64,000 nt of DNA from Paramecium tetraurelia. Taxonomy: Eukaryota. Below are positions 41,905 to 55,385 of the stretch, in pieces. Position numbers and translations under genes: made by a program. Every line of letters begins with the position of its first letter. Within the stretch, counting starts at the first letter, position 1. The stretch spans positions 124,001 through 188,000 of the forward strand of contig CT868059.1 of NCBI GenBank assembly GCA_000165425.1, in the 5' to 3' direction. The notes under the pieces are model-generated. The model made no database searches, was not told the origin of the DNA, and worked only from the letters and a program-made list of their open reading frames with translations.

Positions 41905-43005
41905 ATGGGGAATGTATGTTTATCAGAAAGTGAAGAGGTTTGGGAATGGAAACATGAAATAAGTGAGTTATGTAAGAATTATTCCTTATTCCCTTGGTCA
42001 CAGCAGATATAATTTTAAATTAGAAATATTGAAGCGGTTAGAGAGATTCAGCTTAGAGACATCTATTTAATGAATGCCTTATTTTTGAATAACAAAATTG
42101 AAAATTCAGAATCAGAACATGCAACTATTAGTTAGAAGAACATGAAAAAATTCATCAGAAGAAGCGGACTATCAGAGCAGCAACTTGAATAGAATGATAT
42201 CTCTTTTTCTGGTAGTCTCTTATCGGATACTCAATCCTACATATATCACGAAAAGGCATGTCAGGTGAGTGAGGTAAGTATAAGGAGTATGGACTATTTT
42301 GCTCATTTCACAGACATAATTAAGTATCAAATCAAAACAAATGAGATCAGCCATCTCATTAGGTTTTTCAAATAATCCTATTAGACAGATGAAACTTATT
42401 TGGATTCCTTCAAGGCATTTATAGATTTTCTTTATCAAAGTGTTGTCTCATATTATAAAATATTGAACTTCAAGTAAGAATTACCTCGATATTCTGGATT
42501 AATCAACAAAGACACTTTAATTAATTTCATTACAAATTGTCTACTTTAAGATAGGGAATTGTATGATAAAATATTTAACAAAATATCTGAGGAATTGTAA
42601 GATAAATGTTATATCACAAAGAAGATGATGATTGAAAATTAGAATCAATCAACACGTGAAATGGGAATCTCAAGAGAATTTTAATTTCTAGATGAACATC
42701 AGCCATATTTACAACCAATCAGAATACTATAAAAAGTATAACAGAAATAAGGACCTGCTAGTAAAGTCAAAGTTATATTGAAAATGTCTTAAGTGATTAC
42801 ATTATGCATGTCAAAAGGCAGAGGCAAAAGTCTATTAATAGCCACTGATGACATGTTACCAGTCTTAAGATATGTTATCATCAAATCTTAAATCTACGAT
42901 ATTCATGTTCATATATTTATTTTATAGAATTTATTAACCCAAAATGTTCTTTCGAGTAACTTAGGGTTCTTTATAACAAGTTTGTAAGCTAGTATAGAAT
43001 AATGA
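41905..43005 (+). CDS. VPS9-domain Rab5-family GEF with N-terminal MGNVC acylation motif (366 aa)
   Basis: Intronless ORF. C-terminal GPASKVKVILK...IATDDMLPVLRYVIIKS...LGFFITSLQASIE matches the VPS9 consensus (ADDLLP; GYYLTTL). Confidence 0.8.
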
Positions 43006-43186
43006 TTATCAATTTTTATTATGTTATATTGATATCTCATTATCTTGTTCAATAAAAAATATCGACATTAATAAACAATTTATTTTGAATGTAACAGTTG
43101 TAACTGTAATTAATTCTTTTTATGAGCAAACAGAAGGATTTGATAGCAATCCATGTATTAGAGATGTTAATAATTTATAGTTAAAT

Positions 43187-43850
43187 TCATATTTATTTTT
43201 TCAATTGATACAACACACTATCATATGTAAGAATGCATGTTGTATTTTAATCAAAAGTCTAATATTATTATATAACAGGACATTGAATTTTGAGTAGGAA
43301 TTGTCTAAACACTAAGATGACCAATTCATTTAAGTAGATAGCTCCAACACAAATGAATTTCTCGTCGTATCTACTTTTAATGGTATTTTCTATATTTTCT
43401 TCGATGTCCAAACCTGGAAAATAATATTTAAATACATTACATTTCCTGGACTGAAACTTAAGCTGCTAAACCTTGCAATATTCGTAACACCAGATAACAG
43501 ATGCTATCGATTGTCACTGCTCCAACAAAATAATTAGAAGATTGCCTTAATTAAATTAAAGAATACTATAATTATTTGTGAATTTCTAAATACATTGCAT
43601 TTCCATCCCCTCCAATTTCAATTACCTTATAATTAAAAGAACACACGCTTGGCTTCTTAAGTATAATGCATTTATTATCAATCTAAGTGATTTGCAATAT
43701 CTCCCAATTTTTGATATTCTCCACTTCTCTTACGTCTTCCATTTCATCCATTAAATTAGATGTTTCAGAACCCTGAGACAGTTGATAATAAACCTGGACA
43801 TTTTCTTTCTATTTGTTATTGCTGTTCTTTCTAAATAGACACCCTCCCAT
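43187..43850 (-). CDS. Hypothetical protein with MGGC N-terminal acylation motif; 3' end uncertain (43187 or about 43030)
   Basis: MGGCLFRKNSNN.. open frame with two intron-like GT..AG segments. Splice model not fully resolved. Confidence 0.5.
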
Positions 43851-44208
43851 TTTATATTGATTTTATATTAATAAAGTGTACTAATCAAAATCTTGAATGA
43901 TATCAAATAATAAGTGAAGAAGATAACGTTTATCAATGCTATTGATATATCTCTTAAATCTTAGCTTGACAATTCCATCTGATTTAATTATTCCTCAGCG
44001 AAAAACCATTTTAACAAAGTTCAGAATGAGAAAGTAAAAGAAGATTCAGATTAAGTAATAAAGGATTCCTTATATACATGCAATTCATATGAATTTTAAA
44101 TGGTTGTGATAAGATGAAGAAATTATTTCTTAGATACAATCCTATATTTCTACTGTTGTAAGTTTGACTGTCAGGTGTGAATAACAAATTCTTTAAATTA
44201 TTTTTTAT

Positions 44209-45841
44209 ATGTAAAATAAATCAAATACTTGTGCAGTGTGTTCACTCAAAACAACTTTTGGCTGTTCATAATGTAAATCAGTCTTTTATTGTTCTGTTGA
44301 ACATCAACGACAACATTGGAGTGTTCATCAATAGTCTTGTCAATCAATGAAAAACTAAGATAATAAATAAATAGATGATACTATAAGCAAGAGTCCTGCA
44401 TCAAAGCCATTGAAATTTGAGATCTAACAAACTGTTCAACCTAAATCAGATAAGAAATTGATTATGAATGAAAGAGACATATTAATAGAGGATCATGATC
44501 GTTACAGATAGATTTCCATAAGATTGCTCTCCTAAAGGGATTATCAGGATGCAATCTAATAAATAAAGAAAACAATTGAATTTGCTTAAAAATTAGAGTT
44601 GATTGGTGGTAAAGAAGACACTTATGAGAAAATTGCAGATCAAATGCTATTGGTTAGAGGTATGTATAATGAGCATAGATTGTAGCTTAAATCAAATTGC
44701 TTGAATTAGAAACAGCCAGAAAAACACTTATCTCTATATTTGAGTAAGTGAAATTATTGACACAAACATCACAAAAGAATGATTAAGTGAAGGTCTCCAA
44801 TATATTAAAAGTAATGGCATAATTGTTCTATGAAACTGGAGATCAAAGATAATGCGAGTTGGCCTATGTTGAATATACTTTAATGATTGAGAAATGTCAT
44901 GGTGAAGATGTAAAAAATAATTATAATTCTAGAGCAATTCAACGGGCAATGCTTATTTTTTGGTTGGGACATTCTACTTGTAACACAAACATTACACATA
45001 AGCCCTAGCCTGTTTTAAAAGAGCCTTGAATATTCGGTCGAATATCAATCCTAATGTGGAGAGTGTGAGTGATTGTTGGTATAACATGGGTGTAATCTAC
45101 AAACAGTAAAATAAGAAAGATCAAGCCATCGACTTTTTAGAAAAAGCTTTAAAATTAAGGAGATAGATAATTGGTTAGAATTCCCTCTAAGCAGCAGTCT
45201 GTTTAGAAACTCTAGGGAGATTGCATATCTAATATAATGAATATCAAAATGCCTACAGTAGACTGTAGGAATGCTTTAATATAAGGAAGCAACTTCTGAA
45301 GAATCCTCAACATTAAGATATTGAGAGAGTCTCTAAACTGATTTAGATTCTCTATCAGAAATTGCAGGATCAGAATTACAATAAATAAAATTCAACCTTA
45401 CAATAAACTATTCTAGAAAACAATTTCAATAGGGTTTTGGAGATGGAGGAATCAGAGAAATAGGAGAAGAGCAATTCGTCTCCTTCAAGAAAGAGATCTT
45501 AACTTAAAACTGATTAGAAATTATCACAATTATTGAACATTTCTAGTAATCTTTTGGAATCTTTCAGCATTGATTAATTGATACAGTTGAAATTATTGCA
45601 ATAAGAATTAGTCAAATACAAGAATAGATAGGAACAACAATAAATAATTATTGATAGTTAGTTCATGAATACTTTATCGTCAATCCAATATAATTTGTTG
45701 AGAGAGCAGAATCCTCAAGTGTTTTAACAATTGCAAATTATCAAACCAGATGAATAATAGAGTGAATATGAAAGTGAAAGCAAACCATCCATCGATTAGA
45801 AAATGTATGCTTCAAATCAAGGTAAAATATAATTGAGATGA
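44209..45841 (+). CDS. MYND zinc finger plus TPR protein (ZMYND12-like); C-terminus may extend to about 45910-46017
   Basis: CAVCSLKTTFGCSQCKSVFYCSVEHQRQHWSVHQQSC (MYND). TPR/KLC-like repeats GNAYFLVGTFY..ALACFKRALNIR and SDCWYNMGVIY. First in-frame TGA at 45839-45841. Confidence 0.8.
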
Positions 45842-46048
45842 TTATATATTTAATAGAGCATTCACAAAAGATTGTCCAACGTCTAGGAAGCTTTCGGAAA
45901 TTATTAAACTGAAGTCTACAACAATCAAACTGTATTGCTATTCCATTATTTTAGGATGTGAAGGAAAGAAGTGACTCCAGAAAGAAGACTTTTACTTTTT
46001 ATCTAACTAAATAATGAATATTGTTAGTTATAAATTATTTATATTACA

Positions 46049-48746
46049 ATGAGTCTTTAACCTAGATTAAGTCCGAAGAACTACAAGAAGTACAGCATTT
46101 TCAATGATACAATCAATATAAGGACATCTCGCAACACAAGCTTTGATTATGAATTTTAGAAGAGAAGGAATTCCAACATTAGGTTCAAAAATTCAGGCAG
46201 TGTTCTTAGAGGATCCAAAGCAGGGGACTTTATGGGCAACATCACAATTCATTTCTAATATGTACATATCCATTCCCAACCGTAGGGTTAAAATGCATTC
46301 AGAGATAAGAATTTGATTGAAGCTATTAAATACTATAACGAATGCACATTAATAGATTCTCTGCATATACCAAGTAGATATATGTTGGGAGTTTGTTATT
46401 TCTCCCAAAATCAATATGAAAAATGCATTAAAGAACTCAAATTTGTTAAAGAACAATAGCCAAATTACAATAAGAATGTTTTTATCTTGCTTGCTCTTGG
46501 TTACAAAAAACTGATGCAATTAGATTGGTCAATTAAAACTGTATTAATTCTATTGTCATAATAGTTAGATGAATGCTTGTAGTTTTATCCTCAGTGCTAT
46601 GATGCCTTGATATTCAAAGGCAAATTGGAACTTAAGTTGAGGAGATTCTAAGATTGTGAGTCAACATTGAGGTCAGCCATAAAAATTAATTCAAAAAGAT
46701 AAACCGGATATCATTATCTTGGAGATTGTTAGAGACTTCAGAATAATTTCGATTAAGCAATTAAAAATTATTAAATAGCTTTATAATTTGACACAAGTGA
46801 TAAATCTAAATTGAACATTCTCAAAATGTCAACATGTCTTTATGAAATGTCAAATTATCAATAAGCTTTATAGATGATTGATTAGGTATTATCTTCTATT
46901 AATTAGTATTTAAGTCAAGATGAATAATCATCTGAAGCAAACAAATTGAAGGGACAAATATTTTAAAGGCTTGGCTAAAAGTTAGAAAGTTAGTTATATT
47001 ATGAACAAGCCATTTAAAACAATAATTCTAGAATTGCAGTCTCTAAGGCCATTATAGAAATTAGCAAATTCAAAATAGAATCTAAGGATTTTTATTCCTT
47101 ATATCATACACTCCTGAGAGTTGAATATTTGGATGTTGATAAATAATAATTACAACCCTACATCCAATTCTCTGAAGCAGTGGTCTATTTATTGAAAAAG
47201 AACTACGCTTAAGCAGATGAGGCATTCAAAAATTTGCAACAATTGGATATCCCACCTATTATTTAGGAGATCTGTCCTTCCTATGTAGGATATTTGAATA
47301 TGATGCTTAACAATTTCGAGTAGGCTCTGAAGGACTTTAGACAGAATAAATCGTTACCTTACAATTAAGTCATATGTGAAGGGATTATCAACTTCAATTC
47401 ATTTGATATTGCTTATTCCAAATTTGATTAGGCCTTAAGTTACAATTAGGTTGATCCCAATATGTATAAGGCAATCTTATTAATTAAAGAAGGATTCAAA
47501 TCAGAGAATTCTGACTATATCAATGACTCATTGTAATGTTTAAGTAGAGCCCAACAATACAATCAGAATAATTCTTAATTGATGTATCTAAAATCATTAA
47601 CCTATATGTTGATGGACAATGTTGAAGATGCATACAAAGAAATACTAACAACCATAGAAAAGGCAGATGAAAATTTAGCCGATCATTATTATTTGAAGGG
47701 ATTACTTCTGGCTTAGAATGGAGATGTCTTAAATGCAGTCCAGGACTTCTCAGTATGTCTAGGAATTGATGATTAATATCAAAAAGCCTATTTATAGAGA
47801 TCAAAATGCTATTCATATTTGGGAGAAATTCAATAGGCTTTTGATGACATGAACTGTTACATCTAGTTTGTAGATGACTTTTTGAGTGCTGGTAATCTGT
47901 TATACAATAGTAAAATGTATGAAGAGGCATATAAAACATATAAATAAGAAATAAACCTAACGATTTAACATAGATAGCAGATGGCAGTTTGTCTCTTTTA
48001 GCTAGAATAATTTGATGGAGAAGAACTTTAAGAGTTTATCAGAGACAAATAATTTGATCAAAATATGATATTGGCTTATTAGCAAATTATTAAATACGAA
48101 TATGATTCAGCCATTTTAACACTACAAAAAAAGATTGATCCCTAATCCTCCTTTTTGTTTAATAAATAATATCTACATCTTTATAAGGGCATTTGCTATT
48201 TGTATTTATAGAAATATCAAGAGGCAATCCAAGAATTTGAAAGGTGTATTTAATTGACTAAATCAGAAACTCTCATTTACATAACAAATTATAATATTAT
48301 GTTTTGTTGGATGATGTTGAAGAAATTTAAATATTCTCATACTCAATTAGAATAACTAATCAAACTATCGGAACAGAAGCACGTATTACTAACCATTCGG
48401 AATCTTTTGATAGATTAAACTGAATTTACTTTGTCAGAAAATCCATTAGGAATAGAAATTATGTTGGCAGATACAATAAAATTATAACCTTTTATCTCAA
48501 CATAATATACTATTTATCCATACTTTTCACTTCCAATGGCATAACCAAAAGACATCTCTCCTTAGTTTGATTTCAAAATCATCACATCTTTAGATGTATA
48601 TAATTTTAAAATCCATTTAGGCTTAATCAATTGAATGTAGACCTGAAGCTCCATGGATTAGAAGAAATTAGACTGGAGTGTTATTTACAGATAATTTGTA
48701 GTAATGTGAATTAAGTTAAACAGAGAATAGCTCTCCAGAGAACTGA
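46049..48746 (+). CDS. Multi-TPR repeat protein
   Basis: EAIKYYNEC..SRYMLGVCYF, YDALIFKGKL, GYHYLGDC.RLQNNFDQAIKNY, HYYLKGL..AVQDFS. Four tiny introns. Ends SSPEN-TGA. Confidence 0.8.
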
Positions 48747-49412
48747 ATTTATTATAATATTACTATATAATTAATTGATCATTAATAAGATACTTATTTT
48801 CATTAGAGATGATTGTATGAATTGATATTTAATAATAATAAATTTAGAATCTATAAATCATATTTACTTTATGTTTTTAATCACTCTGCTAATTGATTAT
48901 TTGTTAAGAAGACGATGCAATCTACATTTTTAACAAACTAGTGACTCTATTATATAGATTATTTGTATTACACCATTACTTATTTAATTGAAAGTTATTT
49001 AATTAATAAATTACCAAAAAACCATAATATATTTTTCAAACAATATTGATATTCTAAATTTAATATAAATACACAGAATTTTCAAATAGTTCAACTTTAC
49101 ATGATCAAGACATAATCAAGTTGCTCATTATGAATATTTTTGATTAAAATATATATTAATTAAATAATATAGATCATCTTTAACTTGAAAAGTTAAATTA
49201 TAATAAAAATAATTTAGAGTGATGCCTATAGAATTAAAAGCATATAATAGACATAAATTGACCATCTGTAATAAAAATTTACATTTTTATAAGTTATTTA
49301 ATTAATCCTTAAAACAGCGGAAAATAAAATTACTATGTCAACAAAATGACGAATTATGAGTTTAAATATGAAATTTAAGAAAAATGAAAGGATTTAGTTC
49401 TGATTAAATAAA

Positions 49413-50346
49413 ATGAGTTAAATTTTAGCACCTGTAGTTGAATAAACAACAGTACCAGATGGATTCATTTTAGAGTAAAATTCAAAAACCCTCATGGTGA
49501 CCATAAACAGACCAAATTAGGCAAATAGCTTCACTTTGGGAATGTATTTGCAATTGATAGAAATTCTAAAAAAAGCAGCAGAAGATGATACCGTACAATA
49601 ATATTATATAATTAAGGTTGATATAGTTTTAGTAAAGGGAAATGGAAAAATGTTTAGTTCAGGTAATGACATGAAGAATTTTTCATTATTCACTTTATCA
49701 ACTGAAGAGGTATTCGATATATAATATTGTTTTAGTAAAGAATTCAATTCGCCACAGAATTAGTGGAATTAATCCGAGAATTAAATAATTCCATTTTGCA
49801 TTTTCCTAAGACTTTGATAGCCTGTTGTCATAATGGTGTATTTGGGTTTTTATTTCCAATGTTGGCTCTATTCGATTAAGTGTTTGTGACAGAAGATTGC
49901 TATTTTGTAGCTCCAATGATACAACTTGGTTAGGTACCCAATATGTCGATAATTAAAGGGTCATGAGATGTTTTCATCCTATACTTTCCCCAGACTCTTC
50001 GGACATAGCAAATCATATAGTTTGATGGTTAATGGAGAGAGGTTGTTGGCTAAAGATGCAATAGAATGCGGATTCGCTTAAAAGATGTTCAAGACAAAGG
50101 AGGAGATGTATAGCCATGCTTAAAAGATGTGCTAATCAATAGAGTAGATGGATAGGAATAGTGTGATGAATGGAAAGTTGTTGATGAGAGAAGCATTGAT
50201 GAGTGTATGATTGTGCATTTGATTATGAATAGGAATTGAGCAAGGCTGGAGAGAGAGAATTGAAGGTAAACTTCAAGATCTGGTCTCAAGAGAATTTGCT
50301 TGAGAACGTTATGAAACACATGATGAGAATGAGATCAAGATTGTGA
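49413..50346 (+). CDS. ECI2: Peroxisomal delta3,delta2-enoyl-CoA isomerase (crotonase fold) with PTS1
   Basis: VTINRPNQANSFT, GNGKMFSSGNDM, FPKTLIACCHNG, LGQ|GHEMFSSYTFPRLFG. C-terminal -SRL followed by TGA. Confidence 0.85.
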
Positions 50347-50372
50347 GATGATTTTTATATATAACAAATTGA

Positions 50373-52586
50373 ATGCAGAATTTAATCAATATGTATTCGT
50401 AATTTATTTTAAGTGTGATAGGATGCTTCTTAATTCTCTTCTCTACATTTTGGTTCAGAACTCCAATAAGAGACATTAATGACATTGTTGCATTCAGAAA
50501 ACCAATGTACGATTAAATTGTTCTATTCTTTTTGGATGCAACAGGATATCGATACATAATCAATGAGAGTAGTGAACATGAAATATTCCAAACCATTACT
50601 ATATTGAAGGATTTGAGTCAAAACTACCCACTCCATTCATTCCTTAAGAAAACCAAGGCTGTTCCACCTTCGACAGACTTTACTATTTTGAGTATAATCA
50701 ATGGAATCAAATAAATGCAAAATAATCTAGATGTGACTTTCAAGTCTAATCCAGCACCTTACGAAGATTCAATCCTGAGAAAACAATTCAAATCAGCACT
50801 CTATTCAAGTAAGAAGCACGATTGGTTAAGAATGACCTCAGGAGAGTTTACATTCGTTGAAAATCCTTAATTTTTTAATTTAGACAACATTTAAATAGCG
50901 GATCTTTCATCTTACTAATTCTTTAAATAGTCTTTCTTATAAGATCAACCAGATTACTAATTTTATGTAGTTCATATGATGGGATTCGATGCACTAGGAC
51001 ATGCCTTATAACATCAAGATTATGATCAAGGAATACAATTGTTTAGGATGTTTAATGCTATCTTAGAAGGAGTGGTTAATAGTCTCAAAGAAAACTAACT
51101 ATTGATAGTGATTGGTGATCATGATCAAAGTAAAAGAGGAAAACATTATCAATGTTCTGAAGAATCAACAGAATGTTAAGGCTTTATTTTTGCATTTTCT
51201 ATCGATGGACTCTTACAAGAAAATCAAACCTATGACTTTTATGAACCCTCAGACATATCAGCCACTATAACTTCCCTCTTAGGCTATTCATCAACCAGTT
51301 AAAATCTTGGGAAAATTATCCCCTAATTTTATCCTAGACAAACAGATAAATCAGAAATCTAAAATGATTAAGAAAGAGTTAAAAATCAAGTGCTTAAATA
51401 TCTCTAGACCTAAGGATTCAAAATATCACCCACTTTCATTGAAGAATTAAAATAGTTAGCTGCTGATCAAGTTGTTGTTGAAGTTCAGAGAAATATATAA
51501 ATAGGATTACCAAGAAAAGACACCTTTTTTTTTGGAATACTATTAATGTTGTTTAGCATTTACTTAATGAGAAATCTTTTGGGATTACAGGAGAGTGTAA
51601 TTATTGTTTTAACCGGATTCTTTAATGCCTAAATTATGACCATAGGATTATTAGTGTTAGTAGTTTTGAGGAGAGAATCTAATCTAAAATTAATCCTGAA
51701 GATATTAGCTTTGCTTATGTTTATTTAGCTTAACTATATGGGATATATTCCAGATATACTCTTATCTATTGAGATTCAATTTTTGCTCCTATTAGCGATC
51801 AAATATTAGAATTATATAAACTCAGGATAGAATTTTGCTAAATGGAAGATATCATTTTTGTTTACGTTGGTGATGATTTCATAGTTTGTTGCATCTGTAT
51901 TTTTCTTATTAGACTAAAATAATTTTGAATTAAGGAAATCTCTCTTGTAAAGTTTGATAATTGTTATCATCCTATTTTTTGTTATTGATCCAAGATATTT
52001 TAATAAGGGAAGAGTGAAGGCATTGTATCTATCAATACTGTTTATATTGTCAGATGTTGCTGTGATATTCTAACTCAATTACTCCAAGAATTTCATATAA
52101 TTCATCTTATAATTTATGTTAATGCAATATATAGATGTTGGATAGAACGTACTTATTTCTAAGATCCTATATAATGCAATCAACCCTATTAAAATAGACC
52201 ATCAAGTGTTCAAAGGGTATAAATAACTGAATATGAACTCAATGATCTTACTCACTAAAGAGTTCGACATTGGACCTTCCTTATTTTCAGTATTCATTGG
52301 TAGTTTTGGATGTCAAATAATAGGAATTGCTTCTTTATTTTTTAATTAACTTAAATTAGATAGACATAAAATTGTCGGAGCCATGATAATATCATCAATC
52401 TTTAATTTGATCTTAGATTCTTGGTAGATTCTTAACTATAATTAATCTATTCTTAACACAAATCAAATGATCGAAGAATAGATAGTATTGTTAAACAGTC
52501 TGCCAATGAAATTATTGGAATTGATCCTTTATAGTTTTGCCTTTAGTATTTTTGCAAGATAGACAAAGAAGTAGAGGGAGATGTGA
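50373..52586 (+). CDS. GPI ethanolamine-phosphate transferase (PIG-O/PIG-G family), divergent, 737 aa
   Basis: N-terminal TM; IVLFFLDA; AVPPST; HMMGFDALGH; LIVIGDH...GKH; PSDISATITSLLG...NLGKIIP; multi-TM C-terminal half. Intronless. Confidence 0.75.
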
Positions 52587-52604
52587 GAAATATATATTAT
52601 TTAA

Positions 52605-53474
52605 TCAAAAGTATAATTTCTTATAAATTAATTAATTTTAAAACTGCTGTTGCATCAATTAGAACTGCATATCAAATTGAATTGGTTACATGAAACCTGT
52701 TTTGGAATGTACACTATATCCTTTGAATTAACATACTGGTTATTGTGGAAATTGCTAATACTAAATTTAATTAAATTATTTTTTACATAGAAGTATTATT
52801 ATTGACCAACCCTCATATCATTAGGAGTTTGAGGAGTGCTGATTTCGGAGCTTTTCTCATAAACTGTATTTATTGTAATGCAATCCTTTTTGAATTAATT
52901 CACGGCTTCTGAAATTTAGCTTAATAAGCCTGTTCTTTCAGCAAAACAAACTCTATTTAATTTTGGCATTTCCCTTAAAGTGTCAACCACTATGATATAA
53001 ATTATTTATAGTTTTACATTTAATATTTTCTCTTTGTACCTTAGCTTCTATATCTACATTTCTTGAAATTTTATTTTAAGTATTTGCATTGAACTTTGTA
53101 GTAGGCTTAAGAAAGAAATTTTTATTGATTTCTACATTAGATCTAATAGTACCTATTTTCAATTATTAATATTTTTCAGCTGAACATGAACTTTAACTTT
53201 TGTCATCAGAATCTTTTTATGAACACACCGAAAGCGGATTGTAACCATGAGATGCTACTTTATTTAGAAGTGGTTCTGGTGATGTGTTGCATGAGGAATC
53301 ACTTTTCTTTAGTTCAGGGATTTGCTAAACAAAATCATACAAGTCAGAAGGTGTTTTTGAGTATAATTATTCTTTGAATGCTAAAACGATAGAATGTAAC
53401 TAATCAGGCAATAGTGGATTTAGTTTGTTTATGAATTCAAGGAAGGCTATTTTCAATGTATCTATCGTATCCAT
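52605..53474 (-). CDS. Hypothetical protein
   Basis: MDTIDTLKIAFLEFINKL.. open frame. Internal intron/frame model only partly resolved. Confidence 0.5.
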
Positions 53475-53544
53475 TTGATAAAAAAAAGATTGAATGTAAA
53501 TTTTTATAGAATAAGTTAATAATATCATAATAAATATTATTAAA

Positions 53545-54612
53545 ATGGAATTAAAGGAGTCTTATTCTAGTTTCAAAGACTTTGACGATGATGGGAGTGA
53601 TATTTTTAAATCTCTGATAGACGATGACTCAGATCATTTGAATAGAAATCAATGTACGATACAAATTAACAATTAATTACAAAAAAGCGCAGTTTAAGAT
53701 AGTTCTTCCATATTTAGAGGAAGTGATAAATCAATAGAATCTGATCAATCACCAATTATGGAATAACCACTATTAATTAAGTAACAATATAGTAGGCAAT
53801 TCCAAAATCGTTTGGGATTTATTCTGTAGCGAACTAGACCCAAAAGAAAGCAGGAAAGATAAAGATGCAGTTTGGATACCTCAGCTATCCTAATTAAATT
53901 GTTGAACTCCAAAAGACTCTATAGATTGGCATTTAACTTCTATATATTCTTGAGCATTGTATTTCGAGGGATGTGCCTAGGAGTAACATTAATATAGACT
54001 ATAGTATACAGTTTGGATCGACAATGGTCTTGCTGGTGGTCAATAGGAGGTTTTGTGTTATCAAGAATAATGTTTGGGTTATCAATTTATAAGTTATTAA
54101 ATACAGGTGAATAGACAAAAGATAAATCTGTAAAAATGGTTTATGAAACCTATTTAAAGTGGTTTGAAGACATTTAAGTTAAGATTAGATAATTGGAAAG
54201 AGAAACTAGTTCACTCATTAGAAGGAATTAAGTTGATGAAGATCAATTTTTAAAGTAAACCAAAGAAATCAATCGGTTATAAAAGTGGTTATTATTTTAA
54301 AAGACTTATTAAATATTTATTCCACCAGAATTGTCATTTCTATAATTTAGGAAATAGAGTAATGGATTTTTTTAAGTGCAAAACTTTATTATGAAGAGCA
54401 TTGAGCTGTTTTTCTTTATGCCTGCCTTTCTCCATTTCATTATAGTATTCAATGTAAGAGAAATAGAAAGGATTTTTATTTTAGATTTCACAGAAAATTA
54501 AATATAACATATTTTTAGTATTCTAGTAATCATAGATATTGGAGTGTTTATCTTTATATCCTTGACTTTGCTTTACTTAGGAAATAAAAAATAGAAAGTG
54601 AAGCCAAAATGA
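53545..54612 (+). CDS. Hypothetical multi-pass membrane protein (355 aa)
   Basis: Intronless ORF with an acidic N-terminus and about 4 hydrophobic segments (FYIFLSIVF.., WWSIGGFVL.., LFFFMPAFLHFIIVF, FSILVIIDIGVFIFISLTLLYL). Confidence 0.75.
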
Positions 54613-55385
54613 ATTACTTATTTTATATTTAATAAATAATTAAACTAGAAAATTATTAAATAACCTATGTTTTCTAAATCGTAAACCCATAAGAAACTAG
54701 GTACAGAACCTATACTTCATATATATCTATGTCTTAAATTCATAATCTATATCAGAATCAAATAATATTAAATACTGTTTATTGTATAATCACCTAGTCT
54801 TTTTCTTTATGAATTGATCTGTAATGGATGTCTCTAAATTTTATAATCCTTAAAGTCAACTTAGCAACCTTTTATTATTATAATCTAAGCTAGCATTAAG
54901 TAGGAATTATTAAAAAAATTAAATTATGATTTTGTACAGTATAATAAGTTGATTTCAATATGATACATATATTAAATATCTTTATATCAATACATATTTT
55001 CATCACTTATGCCATTTTAGCTTCACCTCAGATTTATAGTATCCTTAAGTCATGAAAATATTAAGATTTATATGAATTACAGAAAATATTAGTGTGATGA
55101 TATCTATCTAATTAATTTAAGTCTTTCACCTTTGACAACTATAAATCAAAATTATTTAATTCTCTGGATAATACTATATTAGCAAACAATAGATTTATTT
55201 TCATCAGTATCATTTTAATTATATATATATATTGTATTATATTAAAACAACTAAATTTTAGTTGAATTCTAATGAATAGTGTCATAAAAACTGATTTGTA
55301 TATTGTAAAATGATATTCTGCTTCCATTAATATATCTAAGGGTTGATAATTGGTAATTAAAAATTATATAATTAATTTCAAAAGT

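Noticed and set aside
55090..55170. Possible box C/D snoRNA (GTGATGA near 55094)
   Set aside because: No D box at a suitable distance. The motif is expected by chance in AT-rich DNA.
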